DNA from: Seison nebaliae
Taxonomy: Eukaryota
Assembly (NCBI GenBank): GCA_023231475.1
Contig: JALJEE010002461.1
Span: forward strand, 1 to 61,741
Direction: 5' to 3'
Length of the DNA: 61,741 bases
Below are positions 1 to 12,072 of the stretch, in pieces; positions within the stretch are counted from its first letter, which is position 1; each line of letters begins with the position of its first letter. The position numbers and the translations under genes were made by a program. The notes under the pieces are model-generated. The model was not told where the DNA came from. It was given only the letters and a program-made list of their open reading frames with translations, and searched no databases.

Positions 1-711
1 TCGTTATAACATTTCTACAATGTGCTGATGGAATCTCCTTCCTGCAATTACCTAAATGACGATTTCGATATAATGTAATTTCAGCATCTCTAATATAATC
101 CATTACCAAAGTTTCAATTGTTACGGTTTTATTCATCAACACACAGGTGGCATTGAATGAATAACATGACATACAATCACTTTTTCCAAATTTCAGTTTT
201 TTACTATAATATTCATCTTTCCGAATGAAGTATGTTGTATTATCCATTATGTTATTACTCTTATATCTTCTATCTACTATGCATCGATATCCCAATTTCT
301 CAAAGTTAAATATTATAGAATTCCCATAACGGTTTCCAAAAGAATCGCCAATCACTGCAATTTTTTTATATTTTTCTATGCACTTAGTGACACTATTATT
401 CAAAACTTAAAGGGATTGGTGAAAATAATGGAAAAAGAAATGTACAAACGTTTACATGTTGTAGGTTTCCATTTCCATGACTCCCAATTTCCGACATCTT
501 CTAATGTTGAATAATTGTTCATAAACTTGTCGAACAGAAATTTAGATGAACAAAATGGATCATTCAGTGTCTGATTTCGTAGCTTATTAATCGATTCGAA
601 AATGATATGATGATATGGTTGAACAATTTGAGATATGTAGAGCACCCGGATTAGAAGACTGCTACTGACAATTATGCATAATACACAAATGGTTTTTTTT
701 GGGCAAACCAT
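1..711 (-). CDS. SGNH/GDS-motif PC-esterase (NXPE/TBL/PCED1-like) type II membrane protein, 3' end runs off the window
   Basis: N-terminal TM (ICVLCIIVSSSLLI). Splicing a 44-nt GTTTGT..AAG intron (449-406) gives WKWKPTTCKLLNNSVTKCIEKYKKIAVIGDSFGNR, matching the WxPxxC...C...IxxxGDSxxR signature; frame stays open to base 1. Confidence 0.7.
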
Positions 712-1361
712 TTTATATTAATTTATTCAGATCTATATTCAGTGGATATTTAAACTATAAATTTAAGAAATATTGCGTACAAGGTTGCAATGAGAAATTA
801 TATATATATATTTTTTATTAGTTAACCCTTTAATATTTTTTAACCAAATTTTTGGCTTACTAACGAAGTTTTTGTATGACGAATGTTCACATGGCCAAAT
901 TTTTGGTGTAAATTGTACAAGTCTTAATGAAAATCCATATACATAATATATCATACAATATACGTAATATAATTAAAACATACACACTTGCTCTTCTACT
1001 CCCATTGAAATCTACAAATTTTTTATTATTACTTTTTGAAAGTTTTTTTTGTTCGACGTTAAAAACATTAAAGGATTAATAATCCCCCAGGGTGAAGAAA
1101 AAAAAATAATGATAATTCGTTGTAATCATTTGTTTTGATCAGTTCATGGTATCGAGAAATAAATGGACATAAATATGGCCTCAATAATTATGTAAGTGAA
1201 ACAACTTACAAGGAATTTGATAGATATGATTGATAGGATGAGAGCTAGTCGTTAAAAGAAGCTGAAAAGAGATAGTTTATTAAAATGCAAAATATTAAGA
1301 GATAAGAAGAGTGTCATAAATATAAAATGATAAATTGCATTTAAAATGGTTTTTATTTATG

Positions 1362-1540
1362 GTATTTTTACATACCTGTCGATACTACGGGTTATCTATA
1401 TGAAGTTCTATCGTTCTATATCGATCCCACAGATTCTATGCCAATCGATCGGAAATCACTCGCGGAATTACACCGATTGATCAACACTGGCGAGGAGCGA
1501 AATTTTTTTACATTTTTTTTTACTTTATAACGACGGGATT
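1362..1540 (+). repeat. Left arm of a long-range imperfect inverted repeat (partner at 8091-8264)
   Basis: Three blocks match the reverse complement of 8091-8264, including a perfect 30-mer CGATCCCACAGATTCTATGCCAATCGATCG (1422-1451 vs 8155-8184). Confidence 0.85.
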
Positions 1541-1699
1541 TTTTTAACTTTTTTTTATTAAGACGCGAAATTCCCATAGGGTAACGCGGATAAAGAATTT
1601 TAAACAATAAATAATAATATTATGAAGCGAACACAATATTTATTTTTATTCCAAGAATTTATGTTTGAATTCTAATATTAATTTATATATAATATTAAA

Positions 1700-2205
1700 T
1701 ATCATTTAATATCATCATCGAATTCATTGTTGAGAATGTTCATTAATATTTATTATCAATAATATTCCTTTCCACGATCATCTGGTCGATATATTTTTGA
1801 ACCTCATTGTCGATTTTCATAATTATTAGTCCTATATTAATCGAGATAATGATAAATTAATCACTAGGGCAATATGAGAAATTTCATTTTCAATAATTAA
1901 AATTGATGACAAAATAAAAAATTAAATGTTATTCATCTTCCGAATTCATCAATCAAATTGGGAACAAATGATTTGAGACCAGGTGTATCCAGAATAATAA
2001 ATTGAATGAAGATGAATTAAACAATTTTAATGAGACTATTCTACCATTTTGCTATTTTCGGGTTCTCCAATATTTGCAAAAACAATCCATTAGATATACC
2101 TAAAAAAAATGACATTTAATTTATAGACGAGAATAAATTGTTTTTATAATAATATTTTCGTTTTAATAAAATCATCAGAGAGATTGCTAATAAGATTTTA
2201 ATCAT
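1700..2205 (-). pseudogene. Possible decayed secreted-protein gene
   Basis: Signal-peptide-like start MIKILLAISLMILLK, a TTTTTTTAG acceptor, then protein-like stretches (GISNGLFLQILENPKIAKW*, FIILDTPGLKSFVPNLIDEFGR*, MKIDNEVQKYIDQMIVERN) broken by stops. Confidence 0.25.
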
Positions 2206-2269
2206 CCATTTTTCATTAATGATTTGGAATAATTTACGTTTCTCATCATTGAACACCCAAGGAAATTAC

Positions 2270-2620
2270 ACTAATGTAGGGGAAAAAAAGAAAACCATGA
2301 TTGACGGTTCTTTTTTCTTGCTTCGCTTTCATATTTTTGAAATATTGGTTTGTCAACAATTTTCGACAACAACATAATTTGACGACTAATGATGAATTTT
2401 CGAGCATCAACATGACCACAAAATATTTCCATTTAATTGTTCGGGAACTGTTTAATTTTCAATTCGAATTTTACCCACAAACCACTCTCCAGATTATCTC
2501 CATTTTCATTCAACTTCATTTTTCTCATTTTGAAAGAGACTCTATCTTTTTCACTTGTTGTAATTCCCACAAACACATGTAAAAAACATGAGATGATTGA
2601 GCTTACGAAGTTTTATTTTG
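2270..2620 (-). pseudogene. Possible pseudogene fragment (~110 codons, one internal TAA)
   Basis: One frame reads FVSSIISCFLHVFVGITTSEKDRVSFKMRK...KQFPNN*MEIFCGHVDARKF...SWFSFFPLH*; no family recognised. Confidence 0.3.
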
Positions 2621-3659
2621 CTTTTAAAAAATTGTTTTGTAACGGAAAAATGAAAAGGAAGGCTGCAGGAGGAAGCAAGAATAAATAATATAATAATAAT
2701 CATTATCTTTATGAAATTTGAGATCTTTTATATCTTTCTCTTCATTAAGCTTATCTTTTCTTAAATGTCGTTGAGATAAACATAAAATGACTAAAACACG
2801 CTGGCATACAGATGCGTTACAATTTGACCAGCTTCTTACTCCCACATTCAAATACAATAATTTTCACAGCAACTCATCTTCCACATGTGCTCAATTGTTT
2901 TTCCGACTTCAACATTATTTTTTGTCAAAAAACGTGGCTCATAGATTCGAAACCGGCATGGCTATAAGTAGTCGATCATTTCTGCTATTCAATATCCGAT
3001 ATACCTCTTAATTCCGATTTTTATTAATTCCAGATTGAACTAATCCAAATAGAAGACTCGTAGTCCTTTTAGATGCAAAAGCTAGTTTTAAGCTGGTTTG
3101 TCTGACATTAAATGACATTTGTAAGTTCTTTAATATTTAGTGGATTTAGATGACAATTTCCTAAGCCATTCATATTTTGGGTGGGATGCTACATTGAACC
3201 TACCTTATTCAGTAAATCAGTAAAAATCTTGTTTAAAAGTTTATTTTAATTAATTTCCTTCGTTTTTACAAACTGATATTTAGACAATAATATAATAGTA
3301 AGTAATAAGCAAAGTGAATAGTAATATTATTTTAGATAGAAACCTCTTAAGTTAAGAAAACTTGTTTTAAGTAAATTATTATCCTTAACCAATCTCTCTT
3401 ACATAGTGAATGAACGGAATATGATACATCAGAATGAATAGAATGAAAATTTAAATTCTATTATTGCTTTATCACATTCGGAGTAACTATAAAATTTAAT
3501 CATATTAAACTACAATAAATTATGTGAAATTTTCGTCAATCATTATTTTTAGTTTTATTTATCATTATAATTAACATCGGAATAAATTAATACGAATTAA
3601 TTCGCTAATTCACGAACGAAATACCTTTCTCTAACTATTCGTCTAAACTTTAGATACAT

Positions 3660-3909
3660 TTAGACTCTAAAGGTTTTCAATTCGCTCGTTCTCCCATTGT
3701 GCGGACTCGATTCGTTACTATTCGTCTCTAATAGTTCATTCCTCAGAATGGACCGAACATACAATAACATCATCCGGCTCCTCATTGGTTGCTTCCGGAG
3801 AATTAATCGAAATCTGACTTTCGCAGTCACTGAATCCATTCCCCATTCTCTACTATCGACGCATCATCTGGGTTCTTATCCCACATCTTTACTCTCATCC
3901 AACGTCTAG
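3660..3909 (+). mobile_element. Degenerate non-LTR retrotransposon (LINE) fragment, region C-terminal to the RT core
   Basis: TLKVFNSLVLPLCGLDSLLFVSNSSFLRMDRTYNNIIRLLIGCFRRINRNLTFAVTESIP resembles the LINE thumb pattern lynslvrP.l.Y....w.....l.rvqn..lRli.G..r.t....l.ae....p; GC content higher than the flanks. Confidence 0.5.
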
Positions 3910-4552
3910 TGAAATCGAAACTTTCGGTTTTTTCGCACACGATCCTATATTATTCATTGCACCACTCACCTCTATTCACGGAATTTCGTGTAGTGCGGAA
4001 GTGGAGTCGTATGTGGAGATAAAATAAATCTGTAAGAGAAATGTCTCAAGGTAACCCATAGTATCTGGCAGTGTATGTGAGATGTGAGAAGAAGAATTGA
4101 TAAATTTCTCAATTAGTGAAAAAATACGACTCCACATAAGAATGGGAAGTGGTAAGAAATTCAGGATGGTGAAAAAAGTGAAGGGTAACATCTATGAAAG
4201 CCGATTCATTAACAAGAAAGAATGGGAACATAGAAAAATGGTCTCCAGGGAATACAGTTGTAGCACTAGATCCCGTTGGGTAAATTAAAAAGAAAAGAAA
4301 ATATTTATTAGCACTTATTTGTTGGTGTTCCTCTTATCCCTACAAAGAATTCATTTTTATCTGATTGAATGTGGTAAACGACACTGGTTCATCATTACAT
4401 ATTAATTGTTTGTCCTAATCATTGCCCAAGAGTTATCAATAAAAAATTTTAAGTCCTAAAACTAAATTTAGGTGACAAGAAGAGAAAACAGTAACTGTTT
4501 AGTTGTTTAGAATCCAAACCATTTTTCTTTTTGTCTGTTTGTTTTATTTTGT

Positions 4553-6163
4553 TTGTTGCATATGTTAGGAAATTATTTGGACGAAAAGATCCATAGAGAT
4601 GAATATACGTATCAGTCATTTGATTTTCGGTTTGAGTTGTTTTCGACAGAAAAAAACTGTCCTGATGAATACCCAAAAATGCCGAATAATACAATAGGTT
4701 CTTGTTTGGGAATCGCTACTTTGGCAGCACTCCAAACAATTCCGCATTTTATGCTAGAAATATTCCATTATCATGGTAATAACAGTTGGATCGAGATAAC
4801 GAATGATGCTAGAGAGCAATTCAATAATCCATCAGATGATAATGTTAAAACTAAAAAAATTGCATCACAATTTCTTGGAATGGAAATATTAAAATCATGG
4901 GGATTTATGCTATGGAATGTGGATAAATTGCATTACGGTAATTATTTGGAATATTTTACTTTACTTTTGGATAAAAACCGAGTTGAATCTACTAAAAGAA
5001 CATTTTTAGGCAAAACAGTAGGACCTGAAATTAATTATAAAAAATCTTATGGTGTCACATATGAAAAGGATTTATTTTTCGATATGGTTACAATATTTGA
5101 CATATTATTTCCAGATATCAGAAAACGATTGATATATGGAGAATTAGTTGGAAATATTGATCTCATTAAAGAAACTCCATATACACAGCAAAATTCATTT
5201 ATGGTCAGGCAGAACTTAAAGTTTCTTGGAATTTCTATAAGAACTAATCCTGATAAAAAGAATGAAAATAATTATTTAACGTATGAGAAAGTGGTGGAAG
5301 CGGATAATATAATGAAATATTTATATCCAACTGAAATACAATTATTAGATTTAAGTTTCAATAAATTTCTACCCTATTGGGTAGTAGTTTCTGTTCAGTA
5401 TGGTAAATATCGGGAAAACCACGATTATGTGAAAATTGAAAACCAACAAGTTTATGTCCCATATTTCAAAGAATTACTTGAAAAGTTAGATTCGAAATCA
5501 CCTTTATGGTTGATACATTGGAAAATTAAAAGGAAACCCGTTCCCTTATCTCATGTACCCTTACAACTCAACAATGCTACTAAATTAGAAGATATTCAAT
5601 TGTTCGAAGATCTTCTATCGGTAGGTAATCAGAATTCCACATATGATGTAACGGCTATTGTACTCAGTTTGATTCAAATAAGCAGGACAATTGACATTAA
5701 AGTGTATAAACAACAGTTATCGGACAAATATCACAATGAAATCGAAGAGTGTATGAAGTATCAAATGTTTCAGCTTCACAAAGCTTATGATATATTTGAG
5801 AAACTTGATAACACAAGAATTCGAGATAATTTTATGAAATCTATTGATTTTTTTGAAGATTTATTCAGAAAAGTCTGTCGATATTTATTAAAAGCAGCAG
5901 ATATTGAACATAAAGAATCCGACTTGAGAGCACATGCTATTGCTTTGACACGTTCATTGGATGGAACGCATTGGAACTATGTGAGTAATGATGTAGTTTA
6001 TAGATTGACTGATATTCGGGTTATTCTATCAGCCCTCCATATTCAACATCTATTAGGTATCTTCTATTCAAAAAAATCGGAACATCAACAACATGTTGAT
6101 GAGTGGAGAGAAATTGTTCAACGCAACAAAATTATTCTCTCAACAACGAAAGATAAAATTTAA
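4553..6163 (+). CDS. Orphan ~540-aa protein, possibly secreted; true start or first exon uncertain
   Basis: Uninterrupted 536-codon ORF in very AT-rich DNA. The frame extends upstream to a hydrophobic stretch (FSFCLFVLFCLLHMLG) just after a TTTAG acceptor-like site at ~4510. No family recognised. Confidence 0.75.
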   Translation: MLHMLGNYLDEKIHRDEYTYQSFDFRFELFSTEKNCPDEYPKMPNNTIGSCLGIATLAALQTIPHFMLEIFHYHGNNSWIEITNDAREQFNNPSDDNVKTKKIASQFLGMEILKSWGFMLWNVDKLHYGNYLEYFTLLLDKNRVESTKRTFLGKTVGPEINYKKSYGVTYEKDLFFDMVTIFDILFPDIRKRLIYGELVGNIDLIKETPYTQQNSFMVRQNLKFLGISIRTNPDKKNENNYLTYEKVVEADNIMKYLYPTEIQLLDLSFNKFLPYWVVVSVQYGKYRENHDYVKIENQQVYVPYFKELLEKLDSKSPLWLIHWKIKRKPVPLSHVPLQLNNATKLEDIQLFEDLLSVGNQNSTYDVTAIVLSLIQISRTIDIKVYKQQLSDKYHNEIEECMKYQMFQLHKAYDIFEKLDNTRIRDNFMKSIDFFEDLFRKVCRYLLKAADIEHKESDLRAHAIALTRSLDGTHWNYVSNDVVYRLTDIRVILSALHIQHLLGIFYSKKSEHQQHVDEWREIVQRNKIILSTTKDKI

Positions 6164-6402
6164 TTAATCCTTCCTTAATTAACCTTTAATAGTTTAAAAA
6201 TAGATAAGAATATCATAACACCATATATCCCATAAGAGTAATTAGAATATCAATATATAATATCAGATACATATACCTATATGGTACAACGATTAGATTA
6301 CACGGAAAAGATTCTGTTTAAGTTTGAAAAATGGTCCATTTCGTTTAGAATTTAAATAAAGAAAATTGGGAAAATTTTCCTTAAGAATTTTTTTTAATTC
6401 AA

Positions 6403-7920
6403 ATGATTTTATTTTTCTATTTCACTTTTATCTTCCACTTGTCAAGAGAGATATCTCTCTCAGAATTCGAGATAAGGAAACCGACAAACAATTTTTTCAA
6501 TTCAATTGTTAATGAGAATATGAATGACAATTTAGTTGATTTAATGCACATTTTACCGAAAGTCAAAGTATTCTCGTTACCTATCGATTATTCCAATTCA
6601 GATCGTTATACTGTTATCGAATTATCAAACGTTTATGCAAAGAATATGGTGGAAGAACATGAGAATTTCAAGAAATTTCTGAAACGATTTCCCAGTAAGT
6701 TCGAATATGCAATCATCGCATTTAAGAGAGTGCTCCATTTGACATTCGTCTCATTTTCAACCAAATATCTCATTTATCTATTGTCAATAAAAAAAACATT
6801 TCACGATTATAAACAACTTCATGAAAATGACACTTTGATCGAATTATATAACGAAGCACTACTAAAATTCAAGTCGACAATCGAAGGAAGTTCCGCCTGT
6901 TTCCAATTATTTCGCAAAGGATTCAATCCTCACAAATTCAATCAATCTTCTACCTTATCGTCTGATGAGAGTAATTTCATATTAAAGTCAATTATTAATA
7001 GCCACAATTCGAAGAACATCTGTTCATTATTTCAATGTGCTTTCTTACTATCAGAAATCATGCTCGGATTCTCTTTGTTAATTTCAGAAGTCTTTCAAGT
7101 CATGGATAAATTCCTTCACAAAATATATCAGAAATCAATGATTCAATTGATAGATATAAAAGAATTGCAAATGAAACCAGCGAAACATTTCAAATCGTCA
7201 TTAACTAACGAACTCATTCTAATTATGGACGAATTCAATTTTTTACATTCAATTCCTACGAAAAATAATCCCAGTCTCTATTACAAATTGATGATGGAGA
7301 TGTCGTTCATTACTTATATCGAAGAATTGAATTCAAATGAAATATTTGAAAGTTTCATCAAATTGTTCGGAGACGACTATCATTTTGAGATAGCCGATAT
7401 CATTCATAATCACGATAGAATTATGTCAATTTTTTCTCATAAACAAACTCAAGATCTATTGGCACCCAATATGGTAATCAGTCTAAAATCCGTTGAACTT
7501 TCTCAACAACTTTATGCAGAATTCTTCTTTGGAGAATTGAACATTATCACTCATGCAATTCCATTAATTGCTGCTTTCTCTGTTAAGTGTCAAATTATTT
7601 TATTTATCGACAGTATAACAGGAAATGCGGCAGAGGAATCGAAAAAAAAAGAATTATCTCAAAAATTATATTTTGACGACAAGTTAATGGCATTGAAGAA
7701 TGTGAAACATACATTCAAAGACTATGTGGCATTTAAGAGAGTAGGGAAAACGATGAAATTAGTGTCATTATCTACCAATCCATTGAATGAGACCCTTGTC
7801 AAATTTGCAGATTTAAGAAGAACGTCTATTAAACGATTACCGTTGAAATTTGATTTCGATAAATTATATTTCGAATTAGAGAGAATTGAACGAAATGGTA
7901 GATTCTATCATTCGATTTGA
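6403..7920 (+). CDS. Orphan 505-aa intronless protein with predicted signal peptide
   Basis: ATG-initiated 505-codon ORF with hydrophobic N-terminus MILFFYFTFIFHLS; no recognised domain. Confidence 0.8.
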   Translation: MILFFYFTFIFHLSREISLSEFEIRKPTNNFFNSIVNENMNDNLVDLMHILPKVKVFSLPIDYSNSDRYTVIELSNVYAKNMVEEHENFKKFLKRFPSKFEYAIIAFKRVLHLTFVSFSTKYLIYLLSIKKTFHDYKQLHENDTLIELYNEALLKFKSTIEGSSACFQLFRKGFNPHKFNQSSTLSSDESNFILKSIINSHNSKNICSLFQCAFLLSEIMLGFSLLISEVFQVMDKFLHKIYQKSMIQLIDIKELQMKPAKHFKSSLTNELILIMDEFNFLHSIPTKNNPSLYYKLMMEMSFITYIEELNSNEIFESFIKLFGDDYHFEIADIIHNHDRIMSIFSHKQTQDLLAPNMVISLKSVELSQQLYAEFFFGELNIITHAIPLIAAFSVKCQIILFIDSITGNAAEESKKKELSQKLYFDDKLMALKNVKHTFKDYVAFKRVGKTMKLVSLSTNPLNETLVKFADLRRTSIKRLPLKFDFDKLYFELERIERNGRFYHSI

Positions 7921-8090
7921 ATGATTTTTTGAACTAAAATCAACTAATATATACGATATATCAATAAATGATTATTATAGTATATAATTAATACTATTTT
8001 TAGTTATACGATTTAATAATTACGAATAATTAATTTAATTAAAGATCTAACAACAACACCTAAAATTCGGTTTTATTATTATTATGATTA

Positions 8091-8264
8091 AAATTTCCGT
8101 CGGGATAAAGTGGAAAAAAATGTAAAAAAGTTTTGGATACTCGCGAGTGATTCTCGATCGATTGGCATAGAATCTGTGGGATCGTAGGGAAAAATCAAAT
8201 CTCTAAAATCCTGAAGTCCAATGTTATGAGATTACCTGTAGTATCGACAGGTATGTGAAAATAC
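8091..8264 (-). repeat. Right arm of the long-range imperfect inverted repeat (partner at 1362-1540)
   Basis: Reverse complement contains GTATTTTCACATACCTGTCGATACTAC, the 30-mer block and TTTTTTACATTTTTT..ACTTTAT..CGACGG in the same order as the left arm. Confidence 0.85.
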
Positions 8265-8797
8265 TGATCGATTATGTAAGAAGTTTGTGTTCGAAATATG
8301 AGAAGCGTGGAAGTTCCAATCGGTAATTTTGTCGATAAGAGTAAAGATTCGACGACAAAAGAGAATGGGTAGGGAAATTTATTTCTTAAACATTTACGAG
8401 TTATATCAACCTATTAATTATACTTAATTTCCCATATTTTAAAAATATAATTAATATTTCTTTGAATATGGAAAAATGTGATATGATGGAATATTCAAGA
8501 TTGTTATTGTGAATTTCGTTTAATTATTGAATTAAACGTCATATTCGAATAATATTTAATATAATAAGAGGTGAAGTTATGTGACAATTTAGTAAAATAT
8601 TATGTTATTGGATATACTCTAAAATAATAGTTGTCTGGATATGATTGAGATCTCTATGAATTGACAGTATGAAGGTCTCTAAATTTGAGATTTGTAATTT
8701 ATCTTCCATCATTTGGAGATTGAGTGGAGCATTAAAGTGAATTCGAATTGATTTTCAATGTCTCTGATCATTAATTTAGAATGTACAATGGAAAATC

Positions 8798-9672
8798 TTA
8801 AAGTTTGATTTTGAAAGTTTGAAGTTTTATCAATTTCAATCGAGGAATTATTCTATCAACATTTTTCGTCATGTTTGTATCGGCGTCACTTTCATTCAGT
8901 TCGTCCACGAAATTCTCTCTCTCAGTTACTTCTTTCATTAGTATGTTGTTGTTTGTACGATAGCGATATCTCGTCTCCAAAGATCGAATATAAACATTGT
9001 CAACACGAAGGAAGACTCTGAGTAGAATGAGGAATCCAGTTGGCATACAACGAATACGGACATCACATTCACTAATACCTTGATCGCCTAATTCGTCTTC
9101 ATACAAAATTAGTGATTCTTCATAATGAATTTTTTCTCGTATTCGTAAATTCTCATAATCGATTCGTTCGTCTGTTTCCTATAATCGATCATCATTTCTC
9201 ATTTTCCCATTAAATCTCAACGAAAATTAACTTCGAAACTAAAATTTTCATCTTCTTCCAAACTTCCCGTGTAATCGGAAGCGAATGTCCAATCATCATC
9301 GTTCTCATTCTCATCAATATTCTGTTGTAAGAAATATTGAGCCCGAGAATTTCGCCATTTATCTGATCCGTGAACAGCCACATTCGTTTTCACCAATTTT
9401 CCTTTCAATGATTTCAACGCGTCGATCACATTAAACGACAAAACAAATCTGTTATATTCATCTTTCTCGTACGTCAAATGAAGAGAATTCTTATTAAATA
9501 ACATTTCTGGTAATGTGTCAACTTGGACGGATTTCTTTATCTCCTCAATTTCATCCTCGTTCGCCATGACTCCTTTAGACGAACGAATACGCCATTTACC
9601 CCATTGATAACAGTCATCACTACCATTCGCCTCCACACACGGATACATTCTCCTTCCAAAATCTATTTTCAT
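8798..9672 (-). CDS. TIPRL: TIP41-like protein (2 exons)
   Basis: LPEMLF, DWTFASDYTGSL, LYEDELGDQG, VRIRCMPTGFLILLRVFLRVDNV motifs. A 53-nt GTTAAT..TAG intron (9231-9179) joins the two ORFs in frame. Confidence 0.95.
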
Positions 9673-9919
9673 AAATATTACGAAAAATTTGAGAATTTAT
9701 CAATTTCAATGTCAAATTTATCGTATTAGCTTAAATTACGAAATGCTGAAAATTCTTTTATTTTTATTCTATTTAATTTTACTAATCTTTTTCAAATGAC
9801 TTATCAAACTAAAAGTTGCAAGAAGAAACTCTTAAAAAATTTTAAATTTTTTCAGAAGAAAATTTTTTTTTAAATTAAATTTTTTTCAAAATCAAAAATT
9901 CTTTAAAGAATAAAAAATT

Positions 9920-11410
9920 TTATTTTTTATTTTTTTTTGTTGTCGTAGTGGTAGTGGTAGTTGTTGTATTCTCGTCAATGAGAGGTGGCTTAACAAAAGG
10001 AATGAATTGTTTAAATCTTTTCGGCATGAAATCTTGAAGGACTTTCGGTACTTCGATTCCAGTTTCAGTTTGATAATTCTCCAAAATGCAACAAATAGTT
10101 CGAGTTGTGGCGCACATTGTCGCGTTTAACATGTGAACATATTCGACTGAGCCATCCATTCCTTTCTGGCCATATCTCGTCATTAATCGTCTTGATTGGA
10201 AATCGGTGCAATTGGAACAACTGACTAATTCGCGGAAAGCTTTTGAGCCGGGGAACCAAGCTTCCAAATCGAATTTTTTCGCAGCTGCATCATTCAGTGC
10301 ACCGGAAACGATATTGACAATTCGATACGGTAATCCGAGTGCCTCATTGAATAATTTGGCGTTTTCTATCATTTCTTCCATCAATTTCCATGATTCGTTG
10401 TTCTTTGGTGAACAAAGACAGAATTGTTCGACTTTCTCGAATTGATGTACTCGGAATATTCCTCTGGAATCTCTTCCATGAGATCCGACTTCTTGACGGA
10501 AACAAGTAGACCAACCGGCATATTTTATGGGTAACATCGATGCATTTAACCATTCATCACGATGATAAGCAGCTATCGGTTGTTCGGATGTAGCAATTAG
10601 ATATTTTTCACTTGTATTCTTCTCATTAACATCTTCGGAAGCTCGTCCGATCACTTTGTACAATTCTTCATCGAATTGAGAGAGTTGTGCCACTTCACTC
10701 ATCACTGATTTCTTCATAAAGAATGGTGTATATAAAGGCACATAATCTTTCTCGTCTAATTGACGTAGAGCCAATTGAACAATAGCATGTTCGAGCCATA
10801 CAGCTGCTCCTTTCAAATAATATCCACGAGCTCCAGCAACAACACTTCCTCGTTCACCATCCATTCCATCGATCATATGAATGAGATCGATATGTGAATA
10901 TTTCTTTATTGTTTCAATATCACCCGAAGTATATTCCACTTTATTTAAATCTTCATCATTATTTATTGGAACGGAATCGTGCACCAAATTCCCGATATGA
11001 TTGAGTAGATTTTTTCTCTCATTATCTAATTGGAGAGTTCGATCTTTATTCTTTTTCTGCTCATCATCCAATTTTAATTTGACTTCTTTTATTCCGTTGA
11101 CTGATAACACTTTCAATCCACTCAAATCCAACTCTTCCACGTTAGTACACAACTCATCAATTATTGCACCAATTCCATCGTTGTCTCCATCGATCGATTT
11201 CTTCTTCATCTTCTCACCAATCGCCTTGCTACATTGACGTAGGAGACGATTATACAAATCATTACGGAAAATGGCTTGACGCCATTCCTTATCCTTTTCT
11301 AACACCTGATCCACTAACGTCACATCGGCATATCGACGTCGTTGAGATTCTCTTACTAATTCCGGATTTCCACCTTTATCTTCTCTTAATAAATTTATAT
11401 CGATACCCAT
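9920..11410 (-). CDS. SARS1: Cytosolic seryl-tRNA synthetase, intronless
   Basis: [14 protein letters not shown], motif 2 [45 protein letters not shown], motif 3 [22 protein letters not shown]. Confidence 0.98.
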   Translation of the reverse strand: MGIDINLLREDKGGNPELVRESQRRRYADVTLVDQVLEKDKEWRQAIFRNDLYNRLLRQCSKAIGEKMKKKSIDGDNDGIGAIIDELCTNVEELDLSGLKVLSVNGIKEVKLKLDDEQKKNKDRTLQLDNERKNLLNHIGNLVHDSVPINNDEDLNKVEYTSGDIETIKKYSHIDLIHMIDGMDGERGSVVAGARGYYLKGAAVWLEHAIVQLALRQLDEKDYVPLYTPFFMKKSVMSEVAQLSQFDEELYKVIGRASEDVNEKNTSEKYLIATSEQPIAAYHRDEWLNASMLPIKYAGWSTCFRQEVGSHGRDSRGIFRVHQFEKVEQFCLCSPKNNESWKLMEEMIENAKLFNEALGLPYRIVNIVSGALNDAAAKKFDLEAWFPGSKAFRELVSCSNCTDFQSRRLMTRYGQKGMDGSVEYVHMLNATMCATTRTICCILENYQTETGIEVPKVLQDFMPKRFKQFIPFVKPPLIDENTTTTTTTTTTKKNKK

Positions 11411-12072
11411 GATTAACTCTTTTGTGTTTAGTCAACCAAAAATTTTTTTTTGAATTGATGATGATGACTTGTAGAATAAGATACGTATTTCTGTAACATT
11501 TTCCCCATTTAACTCAACTCTTACATAATCTTCAATAAATGAAACAGAAAATAATCTTCGATAATTTATATTTTTTGAACTTTTAGTTTATATTCTACAT
11601 GTGCTACACAAAAACGTTCTCTTGTCACAACTATCCACTGATATACATAATTGTATATACTCTTTCACTTTTTCAGACAAGAATGTGAGATTTTCAAGAA
11701 AATTACCATAAGAATTTGAAGAAATTTTAAAAAAATTCTCAATTGGGAAATATTTAAAAGTTAAAAATATTTAAACTATTGTAATTTTCGAATAAGATTA
11801 ATTTTTTTTTATTGTTAATATCAAATTCCTGTTAGGAAGTTTAATTGGAACATCCCTCAAATCAGATATTTGTGAAGTATAATATGTTAAATATATTAAA
11901 TGATAGAATGAGATAAGTAAGAGTGATAAAAAGTTTATCTTTTATTTCAATTTTGAATAAACAAATATTACTCCACTAATAATTGATTTATTATCCCATA
12001 GAAATAAAAGAAATTTGAATAAATATATTTTAATTTATAGTTTCGTTGTTTGTCATTCAGTTCGTTGTTCGA

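Noticed and set aside
1190..1215. Spliced-leader RNA-like sequence (ACAACTTACAAGG)
   Set aside because: Only a short partial resemblance; no GT donor at the expected position and no convincing Sm site.
2700..3110. SWIM-finger or transposase relic on the minus strand (VGVRSWSNC...C.RVLVIL)
   Set aside because: Key Cys/His ligands are missing and there are many stops; the resemblance is too weak to call.
9935..9968. Poly-Thr tail of SerRS as a functional novelty
   Set aside because: A simple codon-repeat expansion in a variable C-terminal tail.
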